DNA of 64,000 nt from Thermovirgaceae bacterium (GCA_040767805.1 JAXGNU010000002.1:32001-96000); one strand, 5' to 3'. Counted from the stretch's first letter, positions 30,064-40,836 are shown. A program made the numbers and translations. Notes: a model not told the origin generated them from the letters alone.

Positions 30064-30312
30064 TCAGTCCTTCTTCTCTTCTTCCTCGACCTCCGGGATC
30101 TTTCCAAAGCGGGTACCAGCGTACTTCCTCTGGAACTTTTCTACCCTGCCGGCCTCGGACACCCTGGTACCCCGTTTACCCGTAAATACCGGGTGGCAGG
30201 CGGAACAGACGGCTACCTTTATCTCCTCGACCGTGGAACCGGTAACGAAGGAGTTCCCGCAGGCGCAGGTCACCTTGCATTCACCGTACTTCGGGTGGAT
30301 ATCCTTTTTCAC
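30064..30312 (-). CDS. rpmE: 50S ribosomal protein L31 (Zn-binding type)
   Basis: GTG start after [27 protein letters not shown]. Confidence 0.96.
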   Translation of the reverse strand: MKKDIHPKYGECKVTCACGNSFVTGSTVEEIKVAVCSACHPVFTGKRGTRVSEAGRVEKFQRKYAGTRFGKIPEVEEEEKKD

Positions 30313-30407
30313 TGAGCGCACCTCCAAGGGAAAACTTTCTTTTCTTGCCACAAGGAAGGAATGTAACACAGGGCTCCGGAAAATACAATAAGGACGGTCT
30401 TCGATGG

Positions 30408-30956
30408 TCAGATATGCATTACCCCCAGCCCGCACCGCTCATGGTGGGCGACGGCATGGTAGGCCGAATCGCCGACAACCGCTACCGCGATCCAGTGCCT
30501 GTTCCGGACGATGCCGATCTTCATGCCAATGCTCGTCTCCAGCATACCAACCGAGATGAACCCGTTCATGGCCTCAAAGGCGGCATGCATCAGGGCGTGC
30601 ATCTCGTTGGAATTTTTCCGGACTATCTCACCGTTCAGGGCGGCCCCGACGACGGCCCTGGTGATCTTCTGGGGGAGATCCCCGGCCAGGCCGCCGACCT
30701 CGGTCGCCACGGCCTTCCAGCCGAACCCGGCGATCTGTTCCTTGAGGACCCTCTCCTCTTCCGGCCCCGTGGTGGAAGCGAGGATGAGGGCGGACCGGCC
30801 TATCTGGCTGTCGTCGGTGAGGGTGACGGTCACCGACAGTTCCATTACCTTCCGCCCGGGGGCTGTTTCGTCACCGTGAGTGCTCAGGGGCGCCCGGTCG
30901 GGTGCCTCTTCCTGTTCGGTTACGTTTTTCCTTGTCGAACCCCAAAAGTCCCGCAT
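30408..30956 (-). CDS. hutP: HutP family RNA-binding antiterminator
   Basis: [20 protein letters not shown]...[20 protein letters not shown]-terminus typical of HutP. Start codon uncertain. Confidence 0.85.
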   Translation of the reverse strand: MRDFWGSTRKNVTEQEEAPDRAPLSTHGDETAPGRKVMELSVTVTLTDDSQIGRSALILASTTGPEEERVLKEQIAGFGWKAVATEVGGLAGDLPQKITRAVVGAALNGEIVRKNSNEMHALMHAAFEAMNGFISVGMLETSIGMKIGIVRNRHWIAVAVVGDSAYHAVAHHERCGLGVMHI

Positions 30957-31114
30957 TATCGTTAAAACCCTTCCTCCCCTACCGCGTGGGGGCCAGAGGC
31001 CCGACACTCGGGCTCGTCGAAGTTGTTCATTGTAAGTATATACTAATAGGGTCCGAGCGAGTAATATGGATCATCATGGGCCGATCACGGCCGAAGAGAC
31101 CTGCGGGGGTGAAC

Positions 31115-31143
31115 TTGAACCCTTCTTGCTTTTTGTTTAAAAT
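31115..31143 (+). promoter_or_regulatory. Sigma70-type promoter for the TAXI gene
   Basis: TTGAAC-17-TAAAAT. Confidence 0.55.
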
Positions 31144-31267
31144 TGAGGCCGCATTGAATCGCCCTATGAGCAGTCCTCCAGGGAGGTGATTTCAAGATCC
31201 AGCCTTGCGGGACCTGTCAAAGGTACGGAACTCGATACCTGATCACAAAAGAGGAGGCGATCGTTCC

Positions 31268-32218
31268 ATGAAAAAGATCTTCGCGCTAGCGCTGGTTATG
31301 GTTATGGCCCTGGCGGCGGGAGCTTCGGCCCAGACCTTCCTCTCCCTTGCCACGGGAGGCACAGGCGGGACCTATTATCCCATCGGCGGCGGCATGGCCG
31401 ACGTGATCAGCAAGGCCCTCCCGGACGTCCAGATGACCGCCGAGACGGGCAACGCGTCCCAGGCCAACCTTAACCTGATCGGCACCCACCAGATCGAGAT
31501 GGCCATGGTCCAGAACGACGTCGCTGCCTTCGCCTACGAGGGCAAGTTCATGTTCCAGACGCCCTACAAGAACGTCCGCGCCATTGCTTCCCTCTATCCG
31601 GAGACAGTCCAGGCCATCGCCATGAAGAAGTCAGGTGTGACATCCATCCGTGACCTGCCCGGTAAGAGAGTCTCCGTCGGGGCGCCCGGTTCCGGTGTCC
31701 AGGTCGACGTCTCCCTCATTTTCAAAACACTGGGCTACAAGTACTCCGATGTCAACGCCGACTTCCTCGATTTCAACCTGACCACCGAGAGGATGAAGGA
31801 CGGGCAGCTGGATGTCGGCTTTGTCGTCGCCGGTTACCCCACGGCTTCGATAATGGACCTTGCCACCCTGCATGACATGACCCTCATCGAGTTTGACGAC
31901 GCCATGATCGAAGAGCTTCATGCCCAGTACCCCTTCTTCGTCAAGGACGTCGTCCCAGCCGGCACCTACAGGGGAGTCGACAAGGACGTCCAGACCGTGG
32001 CGGTCCAGGCCATGTGGGTCTGCGACGCTGACCTCCCGGAGAACCTTGTCTACAGGATCACCAAGGCCTTCTGGGAAAACATAGCCGATGTTCAGAAAGT
32101 CCACGCCAAGGGTAAGCTGATCACCCTCGATACGGCCCTGGACGGCATCTCGGTGCCGATGCACCCCGGCGCAGCCAGGTACTATAACGAAATAGGCATG
32201 AAGGTCCCCACGTTCTAG
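31268..32218 (+). CDS. TAXI-type TRAP transporter solute-binding protein
   Basis: Signal peptide, ATGGTGGTYYP, DLPGKRVSVGAPGSG, PMHPGA. Confidence 0.93.
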   Translation: MKKIFALALVMVMALAAGASAQTFLSLATGGTGGTYYPIGGGMADVISKALPDVQMTAETGNASQANLNLIGTHQIEMAMVQNDVAAFAYEGKFMFQTPYKNVRAIASLYPETVQAIAMKKSGVTSIRDLPGKRVSVGAPGSGVQVDVSLIFKTLGYKYSDVNADFLDFNLTTERMKDGQLDVGFVVAGYPTASIMDLATLHDMTLIEFDDAMIEELHAQYPFFVKDVVPAGTYRGVDKDVQTVAVQAMWVCDADLPENLVYRITKAFWENIADVQKVHAKGKLITLDTALDGISVPMHPGAARYYNEIGMKVPTF

Positions 32219-32263
32219 GCTTCATTTTTGGGTGGGATACCTTCGGGCAACCCCTGGTAAACG

Positions 32264-32295
32264 AAGGGCGGCACCCTTCCGGGTGCCGCCCTTTT
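32264..32295 (+). terminator. Intrinsic terminator (possibly bidirectional)
   Basis: AAGGGCGGCACCC-TTCC-GGGTGCCGCCCTT followed by T residues, between convergent genes. Confidence 0.85.
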
Positions 32296-32316
32296 CATAT
32301 CAACGATTTTTCCGGT

Positions 32317-32520
32317 TTAGATCTTCTGGACGTTCGCGGCCTGGGGACCCTTGGTCCCTTCGGTGATCTCGAAGGAAACCGCCTGGCCTTCCGCGAGGGA
32401 CTTGAAGCCTTCACCCTGGATGGCGCTGAAATGCACGAAAACATCTTTACCGTCGTCGGTTGTGATGAATCCATACCCCTTAGCGTCGTTGAACCATTTT
32501 ACCGTACCCTGTGTTGTCAA
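32317..32520 (-). CDS. Cold-shock protein
   Basis: [24 protein letters not shown] start after GGAGG; upstream TTGACA-17-TATTCT. Confidence 0.96.
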   Translation of the reverse strand: MTTQGTVKWFNDAKGYGFITTDDGKDVFVHFSAIQGEGFKSLAEGQAVSFEITEGTKGPQAANVQKI

Positions 32521-32805
32521 AATCCTGCCTCCCATTTCTTCTGTTGCCAGAAAGTGTTTTCGGTGGCTTTGCCACCGTGGCGAAGAATAGGGTATCCGAA
32601 AGGATTTGTCAAGTCGGCCGGTGCTGCCTTGTGACCGGACAGGGACGAGGCTCCCTACTCTTGGTCTTCCTGGTCATGACTGACTAAGATGATCTCTAAA
32701 CCAACGCACGTCGCTTGGAAAATACCCCTGCCAGGCAACCCTTGTGGACCGCGGGGACACCGGTCCTTTAAGCGGCGGGAGCACTCGTCACCAAGGGCGG
32801 CAGGC

Positions 32806-33429
32806 TTACTGTTCCAACTCCACCAGCACCGTCGTCCTGGGTTTTATTCCCCAGCCGGGGGGAAAACCGGTGAACCAGCCGAACTTCTCGACGGGCCTCG
32901 GGGAAGCTCCCGGGTAAACCACCAGGACAAAGCACCCGCCCTCGCTGTCGATAAGGTGGGCCACACCCAGGGGCGGGAGGCCGGGGGGATCTATCCTTCG
33001 GAACCAGGCTCCGAAAAAGTTCTCCCATTCCCCCATCCGGAAGGAATACCTTGGCTCGCCTGAAAGAACCTCGTCCTTGCCCTTCGGGGGAAGGCCTCTC
33101 CTCTCAGGCGTGTCATCCCATGGGTACCATTCGGGGGGGTTCACCGGCTGGATGACCCCGGGGGAGCCCAGGTCCAGGCTGTACCAGTTTCCGTAGACAT
33201 CGGCGAAGAACCTGGTGGCTCCTCCCTCGTCGGGAGCGACCGCCTCCCTGAGCCACCGCCCCTCGCCGTCAAAAAACCAGCTCCCCCAACGGGGCCCTTC
33301 TCCCGGGACTTCCCCGGGGGAAAGGGGTCGCTCGTACCATTCCTGGTCGCATAGGGCCCCTTGGGCGAACAGGATGAACAAAATCGAGAGGACCACGAAA
33401 AGGGAGGTCTTGCCTTTCATTAGGGGCAC
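32806..33429 (-). CDS. Exported Trp/Pro/Gly-rich hypothetical protein
   Basis: AAGGAGG SD and signal peptide; 207-aa ORF filling the gap. Confidence 0.7.
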   Translation of the reverse strand: MPLMKGKTSLFVVLSILFILFAQGALCDQEWYERPLSPGEVPGEGPRWGSWFFDGEGRWLREAVAPDEGGATRFFADVYGNWYSLDLGSPGVIQPVNPPEWYPWDDTPERRGLPPKGKDEVLSGEPRYSFRMGEWENFFGAWFRRIDPPGLPPLGVAHLIDSEGGCFVLVVYPGASPRPVEKFGWFTGFPPGWGIKPRTTVLVELEQ

Positions 33430-33511
33430 ACCTCCTTGCCGGAGTTATGAAATGACCCTCGCGGACGCCCGTATCATACCAGAGGAGAAGCGGGATCAGG
33501 CGGCCGCACCT

Positions 33512-34930
33512 TCAGGCATCGACGATCTTGCCCGGGTTGAGGATGAGGTTGGGGTCGAAGGTTCTCTTTATACCCCGTATCAACTCTACCTGGGTCTCGT
33601 CCAGGAACATCCCGAGGTAGTCCTTCCGCTTAAGTCCCACACCGTGCTCTCCTGAAAGGGTGCCGCCGAGTTCCCTGGTCGATCGGTATAGATCCCTCCT
33701 GGCCTCTTCGATCCGCTCATGCCAGTCTTCGCTCTCTTCGCCCGCCAGGAGGTTGACATGGATGTTCCCGTCGCCGACGTGGCCGAAGTTGACGGCCTCG
33801 AGCCGGTATTTCCGACAAGCCTCATCGACCCTTTTAAGGAGGGAGGGTATGTTGCCCGTGGGGACCACTAGGTCTTCCTTCGCGTATTTTGTGTAAAAGA
33901 CGATGATCGCCTCGGCGATATTCTTTCGGGTTTTCCACAGGAGGTCGTGGAAATTACGGTTGTCCGCCACGAATACTTCCAAGGCCCCGTTCTCCAAGCA
34001 AAAGTCGCCGACGTCCTCGTACTGGTCCGACAGGGTGTCCATATCGTTGCCCTCTATCTGGATGATCAGGTGGGCCCTGGCCTCCTGGAAGGGGAGCGTG
34101 CTCCCAGTGTACCTGGAAACGATACGGAGGGAGTTCCTGTCCATGAACTCGAGGGACGAGGGGGTTATTTTGAGTTCCCTCATGACCCGTGGGACCAGGG
34201 TTATAGCCTCTTCGACGGTCGGGAAGGGGACGAGGAGGTCGACCACTTTTTCGTGCCGGGGGACGAGTTTGAGCACCACCTTGGTTATAACGCCAAGGAT
34301 GCCCTCCGAACCGACCATGAGGTGGACCAGGTCCAGGCCGGTGACATCCTTACGCCTCTTACCGCCGAACCAGGTCACCTTCCCTGAAGGCAGGACCACT
34401 TCGAGGGCCAGCACGTTGGCTCCCGTCGTACCGTACTTTATTACCTTGTTACCCCCCGCGTTCTCCGCGACGTTCCCCCCGATGAAGGAGGCGTCGCCGC
34501 TGCAGGGGTCCCCGGCATACTCAAGGCCGTGCCTGGCCGCGGCCGCCTGGATCTCGGCGGTCACCACGCCGGGCTCGGCGGTGAGGGTAAGGTTTTCCAG
34601 GTCAACTTCCAGGATGTGGTTCATCCTGTCGAAGGCCATGACGATGCCCCCGAAGGCCGGGACCGCCCCACCCGAGAGGCCTGTCCCGGCGCCGCGGGGC
34701 GTAACGGGTATCCTCCGGGAATCGGCATAGGCCAGGACCGCCGAGACATGGTCCGTGCTCTCCGGGAGGACCAGCACCTCGGCGCGGTATTCCCTGTCCC
34801 AGAACTGCAGGGCGACCTCATCACGGGAATAGGACGCGAGCTTCTCCGGTTCCAGGGCCACGTTGTGATGCCCTACCAGCCTTTTTAGGTCCCTTACGAC
34901 TTCTTCCGTGACAACCGTGTAAAGGGTCAT
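33512..34930 (-). CDS. FAD-linked oxidase/dehydrogenase (GlcD/LctD-like)
   Basis: PRGAGTGLSGG, GGNVAENAGG, GSEG, GHVGDGNIH, GEHGVG, DPNLILNPGK. Confidence 0.92.
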   Translation of the reverse strand: MTLYTVVTEEVVRDLKRLVGHHNVALEPEKLASYSRDEVALQFWDREYRAEVLVLPESTDHVSAVLAYADSRRIPVTPRGAGTGLSGGAVPAFGGIVMAFDRMNHILEVDLENLTLTAEPGVVTAEIQAAAARHGLEYAGDPCSGDASFIGGNVAENAGGNKVIKYGTTGANVLALEVVLPSGKVTWFGGKRRKDVTGLDLVHLMVGSEGILGVITKVVLKLVPRHEKVVDLLVPFPTVEEAITLVPRVMRELKITPSSLEFMDRNSLRIVSRYTGSTLPFQEARAHLIIQIEGNDMDTLSDQYEDVGDFCLENGALEVFVADNRNFHDLLWKTRKNIAEAIIVFYTKYAKEDLVVPTGNIPSLLKRVDEACRKYRLEAVNFGHVGDGNIHVNLLAGEESEDWHERIEEARRDLYRSTRELGGTLSGEHGVGLKRKDYLGMFLDETQVELIRGIKRTFDPNLILNPGKIVDA

Positions 34931-35943
34931 CCCGAGGCTCCCTTCCTGTTCCTGAGACCTTCTATCAAGCGGGGCACGATATCGAAAAGATCGCCGCAGA
35001 GACCGATATCGGCCGCACGGAAGATAGGGGCTTCTGGGTCCTTGTTTATGGCCACCACGAGTCCCGCGGTCTGCATACCGGCTAGGTGTTGGACCGATCC
35101 CGATATGCCCACGGCGAAGTAGGCTTTCGGGGCGACTACCTTCCCGCTGAGGCCGACCTGGTGGGAGTAGGCTATCCACTTGTTGTCCACCGCCGCCCGG
35201 CTTGCCCCCACGCCCCCATCGAGTAGTTCGGCCAGTTCCCTGAGAAGCCTGAAATTCTCCTCCCTCTTCATGCCCTTGCCGCCGGAGATGATCACATCCC
35301 GGTCCTGGATGTTGACATCGTCCCCGGGGGAGGCCTCATGCTCAAGGGGTTTGACCCTGCTTTCGAAACAGCGGTCCGGGAGGGCCATCTCCACGACACG
35401 GCCCTCCCTGCCAGGGTCCGGTTCGGGGATGGCGAAGGTCCTCGGCCGGACGGTCGCCATCTGGGGTCGTTTGTCCGGGGTGGTGATAGTGGCCATGATA
35501 TTGCCGCCTATGGCGGGACGTGTTTGTAGGAGCAGTCCCGAGTCGGTTTCAATCTCCAGCCCAGTGCAGTCGGCGGTCAATCCCGTCCCAACCATGGCGG
35601 CGACGGCGGGCATGACGGTCCTGCCTGAGGTAGTGGCCGGGGCCAGCACAATCCCGGGACCGGTCCTGTCGATGACGAAAGATAGAATCGTGGACTGGAC
35701 CTCCTGGTCGAAAAGGCGGAGACGCTCGTCCCGGACGCATATCACCCGGTCCGCGCCGTAATGAACGATCGTCGGGGGATCCCTATCGATCCGGTCATAC
35801 ATCAACAGCGTTGATACTTCGCCTCCCAGTGCATCGGCGAGGGACCTCGCTTTTGACGTGAGTTCCAGCGTCGCCCTGTGGAGCCGCCCCGACCTGACCT
35901 CACCGAGAACGAGGATGTCCCCCAATGCCGAAGGGTTTCTCAT
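34927..35943 (-). CDS. etfA: Electron transfer flavoprotein alpha subunit
   Basis: TGLTADCT, RPQMATVRP, QVGLSGK, GISGSVQH, AINKD. Confidence 0.96.
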   Translation of the reverse strand: MRNPSALGDILVLGEVRSGRLHRATLELTSKARSLADALGGEVSTLLMYDRIDRDPPTIVHYGADRVICVRDERLRLFDQEVQSTILSFVIDRTGPGIVLAPATTSGRTVMPAVAAMVGTGLTADCTGLEIETDSGLLLQTRPAIGGNIMATITTPDKRPQMATVRPRTFAIPEPDPGREGRVVEMALPDRCFESRVKPLEHEASPGDDVNIQDRDVIISGGKGMKREENFRLLRELAELLDGGVGASRAAVDNKWIAYSHQVGLSGKVVAPKAYFAVGISGSVQHLAGMQTAGLVVAINKDPEAPIFRAADIGLCGDLFDIVPRLIEGLRNRKGASG

Positions 35944-36746
35944 GACGACCCCCGCTCATCGATGAGGCCGCGGTCTTCGAGTTCATCAAACAATGCCGCT
36001 ATCCCCTCGTCGATATCTCCAGCCTTGAAGATCCTCGGGCTCCTGGCGATGGAAGGACGAAAGGTCCTCCTCACCCTCGTGGGAGACCCTGCCAGCCCGG
36101 CTTCGTTGGGTGAAAGCCCAAGGGAACCCATGCCCTGAACGGTGAGGGCGGCCCTGCGGGCCGCTTTTTTCCCCGAAAGGGTGGGCAAAGCCGGTTCATT
36201 GATGTCGCGGAGGACCGTAAGAAGGCAGGGGAGGGGGAGCTTCTGCCTTTCGATCCCATCCTCCACGGTTCGTGAGACCTTCACGGAGCCGCACCCATCG
36301 AATTCGACACGGCTGACATAGGTGCTGAAAGGGAAGCCCAGCATCACCGCCACTTCGGGCCCCACCTGCCCCGTCTCACCATCGGTCGCCTTCTCACCGG
36401 CAAGGATGAGGTCATAGGGCCCGGTTTTTTCACAGGCCGAGGCCAACGTCCGGGCCGTGGCCCAGGTGTCCGACGCAGCGAAGCGGGGATCGCTCAGGAA
36501 GACCACATCGTCGGCACCGAGGGCAAGAGCCTCCCGGAGCGCGGCTTCTGCCTGGGGCGGTCCCATCGACAGGGCGACCACTTCGCCACCCTGGTAAGAA
36601 CGGATGGTCAAAGCCTCCTGGAGGGCGTGGAGGTCCAGGGGGTTGATCATGGCCCCCGCTCCCTCCCGGATCATCGTCCCCGTGACCTCATCCATACGGA
36701 CATCGTCGGAATCGGGGACCTGTTTAATGAGTACTGCGATCCGCAC
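35940..36746 (-). CDS. etfB: Electron transfer flavoprotein beta subunit
   Basis: IKQVPD, INPLD, SMGP, DGETGQVGP, GSPT. Confidence 0.96.
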   Translation of the reverse strand: MRIAVLIKQVPDSDDVRMDEVTGTMIREGAGAMINPLDLHALQEALTIRSYQGGEVVALSMGPPQAEAALREALALGADDVVFLSDPRFAASDTWATARTLASACEKTGPYDLILAGEKATDGETGQVGPEVAVMLGFPFSTYVSRVEFDGCGSVKVSRTVEDGIERQKLPLPCLLTVLRDINEPALPTLSGKKAARRAALTVQGMGSLGLSPNEAGLAGSPTRVRRTFRPSIARSPRIFKAGDIDEGIAALFDELEDRGLIDERGSS

Positions 36747-36770
36747 TGGTTCACATCCTTTAAAATTTTT

Positions 36771-37682
36771 GGTGATTGCACCCTATTTGGCACTGGTATT
36801 AGGATGGTGCCATGGACCTCAAAGCCTATGAACACTTGATCCGTACCGAGTCTGCAGCCAGGAAATTCATGTTGGGATTTTGCTGGAAAAACCAACAAAG
36901 ATTTTGTCCTAAATGCAGACAAAGAAAACTTTACAGGCTTACTGACGGTAGACGTCGATGTTCCCGTTGCGGTTATACCTTCCATGACTTCTCCGGAAGG
37001 TGGATAAATCTGGTTGACCTTGACTGCGGACAGTGGCTTCGGCTTATAAAGCTCTTCGAACTGGAGCTTTCATCCCGGAAGATCACCCAACACAACTGTC
37101 CGTTTCATACAAGGTCGCCCACAGGGCCGTGATGGTTCTTAGAGGGGCCATTCTGGCCCATGCACCCGATGCCCAAAAGCTCCTTGGCGGCGAGGTGGAA
37201 ATAGATGAATCCTGTTTCGGCGGCAAACGTAAAGGCAAACGCGGCCGTGGCGCCTCCGGCAAGGTCCCGGTCTTCGGCATTCTTGAAAGGGACGGACTTG
37301 TTCATGTGGAGGCCGTCCCGAACGTAAGGGCCGAAACGCTCCTGGACATGACCGTCAGGAAGGTGCGCCGCGGAAGCATAGTCTACACGGACAAGTTCAA
37401 GGTCTAAGATTCCCTTATGTTCTGCGGATACAGGCACCTCAAGGTGGATCACGGCAAAAGGGTCTATGCCAGCGGCAAAGTCTGCATCAACGGCCTTGAA
37501 GGATTCTGGAGCTTTGCCAAGGAGCGCCTTATCAAGCACCATGGTGTTTTAAGGTCCTGGTTCCCTTATTACCTGAAAGAACTCGAGTTCCGGTACAATA
37601 ACCGACGAAACGAAATATTCAATGTTCTCTGTCAGTATATATGTGACTTTATACCTCTTGTGCCAGATAGGGAGTAATCACC
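36771..37682 (+). mobile_element. IS1595-family insertion sequence (912 bp)
   Basis: 23-bp terminal IRs GGTGATTGCACCCTATTTGGCAC and revcomp GGTGATTACTCCCTATCTGGCAC (20/23 match); flanks AAATTTTT and TAATTTTT (7/8 target duplication). Confidence 0.92.
36812..37677 (+). pseudogene. IS1595 (ISXO2-like) DDE transposase, disrupted
   Basis: Zn ribbon CPKC...CSRC, VEIDE, IVYTD, INGLEGFW. Frameshift near 37090 and in-frame TAA at 37405-37407. Confidence 0.9.
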
Positions 37683-37704
37683 TAATTTTTAGGTCCCTTA
37701 AATG

Positions 37705-37737
37705 AAAAGCCGGCTCCTCACCCCGGAGGAGCCGGTT
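37705..37737 (-). terminator. Terminator after tRNA-Arg
   Basis: CCGGCTCCTC/GAGGAGCCGG stem followed by TTTT on the minus strand. Confidence 0.75.
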
Positions 37738-37755
37738 GCGGCGATTGAAGGGAAA

Positions 37756-37832
37756 TGGCGTGCCCGTCGGGATTTGAACCCGAGACCTTCGGCTCCGGAG
37801 GCCGACGCTCTATCCAGCTGAGCTACGGACAC
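37756..37832 (-). tRNA. tRNA-Arg (anticodon CCG)
   Basis: GTGTCCG acceptor, TCGGC-CTCCGGA-GCCGA anticodon arm, GGTTCAAATCC, encoded CCA. Confidence 0.97.
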
Positions 37833-37921
37833 GCATCCGCGGCGCCTAGGTTAACGCCCCCGGCGTTGGGTTGTCAAGGGGACCTTGACCACCGGCGCCC
37901 CATCGCCCACCATCCCGCCCC

Positions 37922-40273
37922 TCATCTCCTGAAGGACACTATCGTCACCCCGTAGCCCCCCTCCCCGGCGTGGCCAAGCCGGAAATCGCCGACGTAGGGC
38001 AGGCTGCGGCAGAGGGAGTGGACCGCCCTCCTTAGTATCCCTTCTCCCCGCCCGTGGATAATGACCACTTCACCGTACCCGGCACGGAAGGCCCTGTCAA
38101 GATAAACCTCCACCTCGGGCAGGGCTTCATCCACGGTCATCCCCCTAAGCATTATCGAAGGGGGGACCCCCCTCGGGGCCGGGACATGGGAGACCGGGGC
38201 CGGCCCCGCCGCCTGGGGCGGAGCTTTTTCCTTTTCCCTGGCGAGGTCCTTCAGCTGGACCTCTATCGTCATGGAACCCGCCACCACCGTCGCCTTGTCC
38301 CCCTTTACCGACTCGACGACCCCCCTGACCTCGGTCCCGGCGAGCCTGACGACGTCGCCGGCCCGGGGTACGCCCTCCCTTTCCATCCTTTTCCTCGAAC
38401 GGGATCCCTCCCTGTCGATCAACCCATCCTTTAAGGGCTGCATCTCTTTCCTTGCCTTTCCATATTCCCTGCGGGCCGATGATTCGGCCGCCCCCCGCAG
38501 GCGGTTTAGCATTTCCAGGGCCGCCTTTTCCGCTTCGTCCACGACGGCGCTGGCCTTTTTGTCGGCGGCCTCCAGGATTCTCTCCTGCTTTTCGTCCAGG
38601 CCCCGGATCTTCTCCTCGAGTTCGCGCCTGAGGGAGGCGAGTTCCTTCCTCTCTTCGGCCATGGCCTCCCCCGCGGCTTCCAGTTCGACCTGTTTGTCGA
38701 AGAGTTCGGCCATGACCTTCTCGCCGGTGCGGGCCTCTTCGGATAGGTGCTCCCTGGCCGAGTCGATAATATTCTTCGGCATCCCCAGCCTATCGGCAAT
38801 GAAAAGAGCGTTGCTCTTTCCCGGGAGCCCCATGATCAGCCTGAACGTCGGCGCCAGGGTGGCCGGGTCGAACTCCATGCCGGCCGCCTCGACCCCCCTG
38901 CTCCCCAGGGCGTAGCGCTTTATGGGGTTATGATGGGTCGTCGCGAGGGCCAGGGAACCCCTTTCCCTCAAGGCTTCCAGGATGGCGATCCCCAGGGCGG
39001 CCCCCTCCTGGGGGTCCGTTCCGGCCCCGAGTTCATCCAGCAGGAGCAGGCTGTCCTTGCCGGCCTTTTCCATCATGGCTATGATCCTTCGAATATGGGA
39101 ACTGAAGGTGGAGAGGCTCTGCTCGATGCCCTGCTCATCGCCGATGTCGGCTGCCATGAAGTCGATCCAGCCCACCTGGGTCCCCTCGGCCGCGGGGACG
39201 GGGAGGCCCGATAGGGCCAGGAAGAGGCCGATCGCCACCGACTTCAATACCACCGTCTTCCCGCCAGTGTTGGGGCCTGTAATGATGAGCTGGCGGAATC
39301 TCTCCCCACAGTGGATGCTCACCGGCACGCACTCTTTGCCGATCAGGGGGTTCCAGAGGTCCTTGAAGTGGAAGCGGGATCGGTCATCCAGTTCGGGCAG
39401 GGTCCAAGGAGGTTCGACCAAAAAGCGGTCGCAGGCATAAAGGACGTCGATCCGGGCCACGGCGGACTCGGTCTCGAGGATGGGGAGTCTCTTCGCAAGG
39501 AGCATCGCGGTGAGGGCGGAGAGTATCCTCCTCTCTTCCTCGCTTTCTTCGCGCCGGAGGACCTGGATCCTGTTGTTCAGGGGTACGAGTTCCTTCGGCT
39601 CCAGGTAAACGCCCTTGCCGGAAGAGGACCTGTCCAGGACTATCCCGTCAAACCGCCCGGAATCCTCCGCCCTGACCAGGAGGGCGAAGCGCCCGTTCCT
39701 GAAGTGTACGACCCTGTCCTGGAGCATCGGGGCCAGGCTGGGCTCCACCGAGAGCGCCGCGCACCGGGAACGGGCCCTGGACGTGAGGTCCCTGAGGGAC
39801 AGCCTTAACTCGGCCAGTTTCTCCGACGCGCCGTCGTAGAGCTCCCCGTCATCGGACAGGACCTGGAGTTTTTCGAGTTCCTCGTCGAGGTCCCTGATCC
39901 CCTCGGCGAGCCTTTCGACACCGGCTATATCATTACGTGCATCCCGGAGGCTCTCCTTGATCCTCTTTGACAGCCCTATCAGGATTCGGAAGGGGAGCAG
40001 CTCCACCCCTGAAAGGAGCGCCGTCTCCACGGCGTTCTCAAGAAGGGGCCCCAGGGGCTTTACCCTTTCATCCCAGGGCAGTTCGCCCCTCGTTTCGACG
40101 TAACGGGCGTAGCTCTTCAAGAGTTCCTGCCGCTGCCGGGCGGCTTTGATCGACGGGGCCGGCAGCATACCCCGGAGCATGGACCCGCCGGTCTCCGACC
40201 TTGTCCTTCTGGACATCCTTTCCAGGACGGTGGTAATCTCTGCCAATTCAGCGGTTCTTTGTTCGACCTTCAA
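37922..40273 (-). CDS. mutS2: MutS2 with Smr domain
   Basis: [43 protein letters not shown] start overlapping the cvpA stop. Confidence 0.95.
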   Translation of the reverse strand: MKVEQRTAELAEITTVLERMSRRTRSETGGSMLRGMLPAPSIKAARQRQELLKSYARYVETRGELPWDERVKPLGPLLENAVETALLSGVELLPFRILIGLSKRIKESLRDARNDIAGVERLAEGIRDLDEELEKLQVLSDDGELYDGASEKLAELRLSLRDLTSRARSRCAALSVEPSLAPMLQDRVVHFRNGRFALLVRAEDSGRFDGIVLDRSSSGKGVYLEPKELVPLNNRIQVLRREESEEERRILSALTAMLLAKRLPILETESAVARIDVLYACDRFLVEPPWTLPELDDRSRFHFKDLWNPLIGKECVPVSIHCGERFRQLIITGPNTGGKTVVLKSVAIGLFLALSGLPVPAAEGTQVGWIDFMAADIGDEQGIEQSLSTFSSHIRRIIAMMEKAGKDSLLLLDELGAGTDPQEGAALGIAILEALRERGSLALATTHHNPIKRYALGSRGVEAAGMEFDPATLAPTFRLIMGLPGKSNALFIADRLGMPKNIIDSAREHLSEEARTGEKVMAELFDKQVELEAAGEAMAEERKELASLRRELEEKIRGLDEKQERILEAADKKASAVVDEAEKAALEMLNRLRGAAESSARREYGKARKEMQPLKDGLIDREGSRSRKRMEREGVPRAGDVVRLAGTEVRGVVESVKGDKATVVAGSMTIEVQLKDLAREKEKAPPQAAGPAPVSHVPAPRGVPPSIMLRGMTVDEALPEVEVYLDRAFRAGYGEVVIIHGRGEGILRRAVHSLCRSLPYVGDFRLGHAGEGGYGVTIVSFRR

Positions 40274-40836
40274 ATTACGGGCTCCGCTATTCCAGCGCCA
40301 TCCCCCGGCTCGTGGGGGCCTGGCTCCCACGGGAGCGATGCGGGATCGAGGAGCCGGATGGAGGAAAGGGTCCTTTCGATGGTCGGCCACGACTTTTCGG
40401 CCATCTTCATGGCCACGCTTTCGTTCATCCAGTAGGGCGAGAGGACGGGGGAAAGGGCCATGAGGGCCACGTAGACTATCAAAAGCAACGCAAAGGCTTT
40501 GACGGCCCCTGCGACGATCCCCATTCCCCTGTCGATGCCCGAGAGATGGGTGAACCTGAGGAAGCTCTTGACCATTCTGCCGACGTAGACCCCCGCTATA
40601 AGAAAAAGGACGTAGAAAACCACGAGTACAACAGCCCGAGTCGCCCCGGGGCGCAGGGGTAAAAAGGGAGAAATGAAGGACGAGGCGATGGCCGACGCTT
40701 TCCAGGCCAGCAGGAAACCCCCAATGGTCGCGAGGAGCGAAATGACCTCCCCGGAAAAACCCTTTGCCGCGCCCCTAACGCAGAAGGTCACCAGGAGAAG
40801 AGCGAAGAGAATGTCCGTTCCCAGGGCCAGGGTCAA
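40270..40836 (-). CDS. cvpA: CvpA family membrane protein
   Basis: RGAAKGF and IDRGMG motifs, four TMs; zapA-cvpA-mutS2 order. Confidence 0.88.
   Translation of the reverse strand: MTLALGTDILFALLLVTFCVRGAAKGFSGEVISLLATIGGFLLAWKASAIASSFISPFLPLRPGATRAVVLVVFYVLFLIAGVYVGRMVKSFLRFTHLSGIDRGMGIVAGAVKAFALLLIVYVALMALSPVLSPYWMNESVAMKMAEKSWPTIERTLSSIRLLDPASLPWEPGPHEPGDGAGIAEPVI

Noticed and set aside
37395..37415. Recoded stop in the transposase
   Set aside because: It is TAA at a likely Tyr position alongside a separate frameshift; simple decay explains it.
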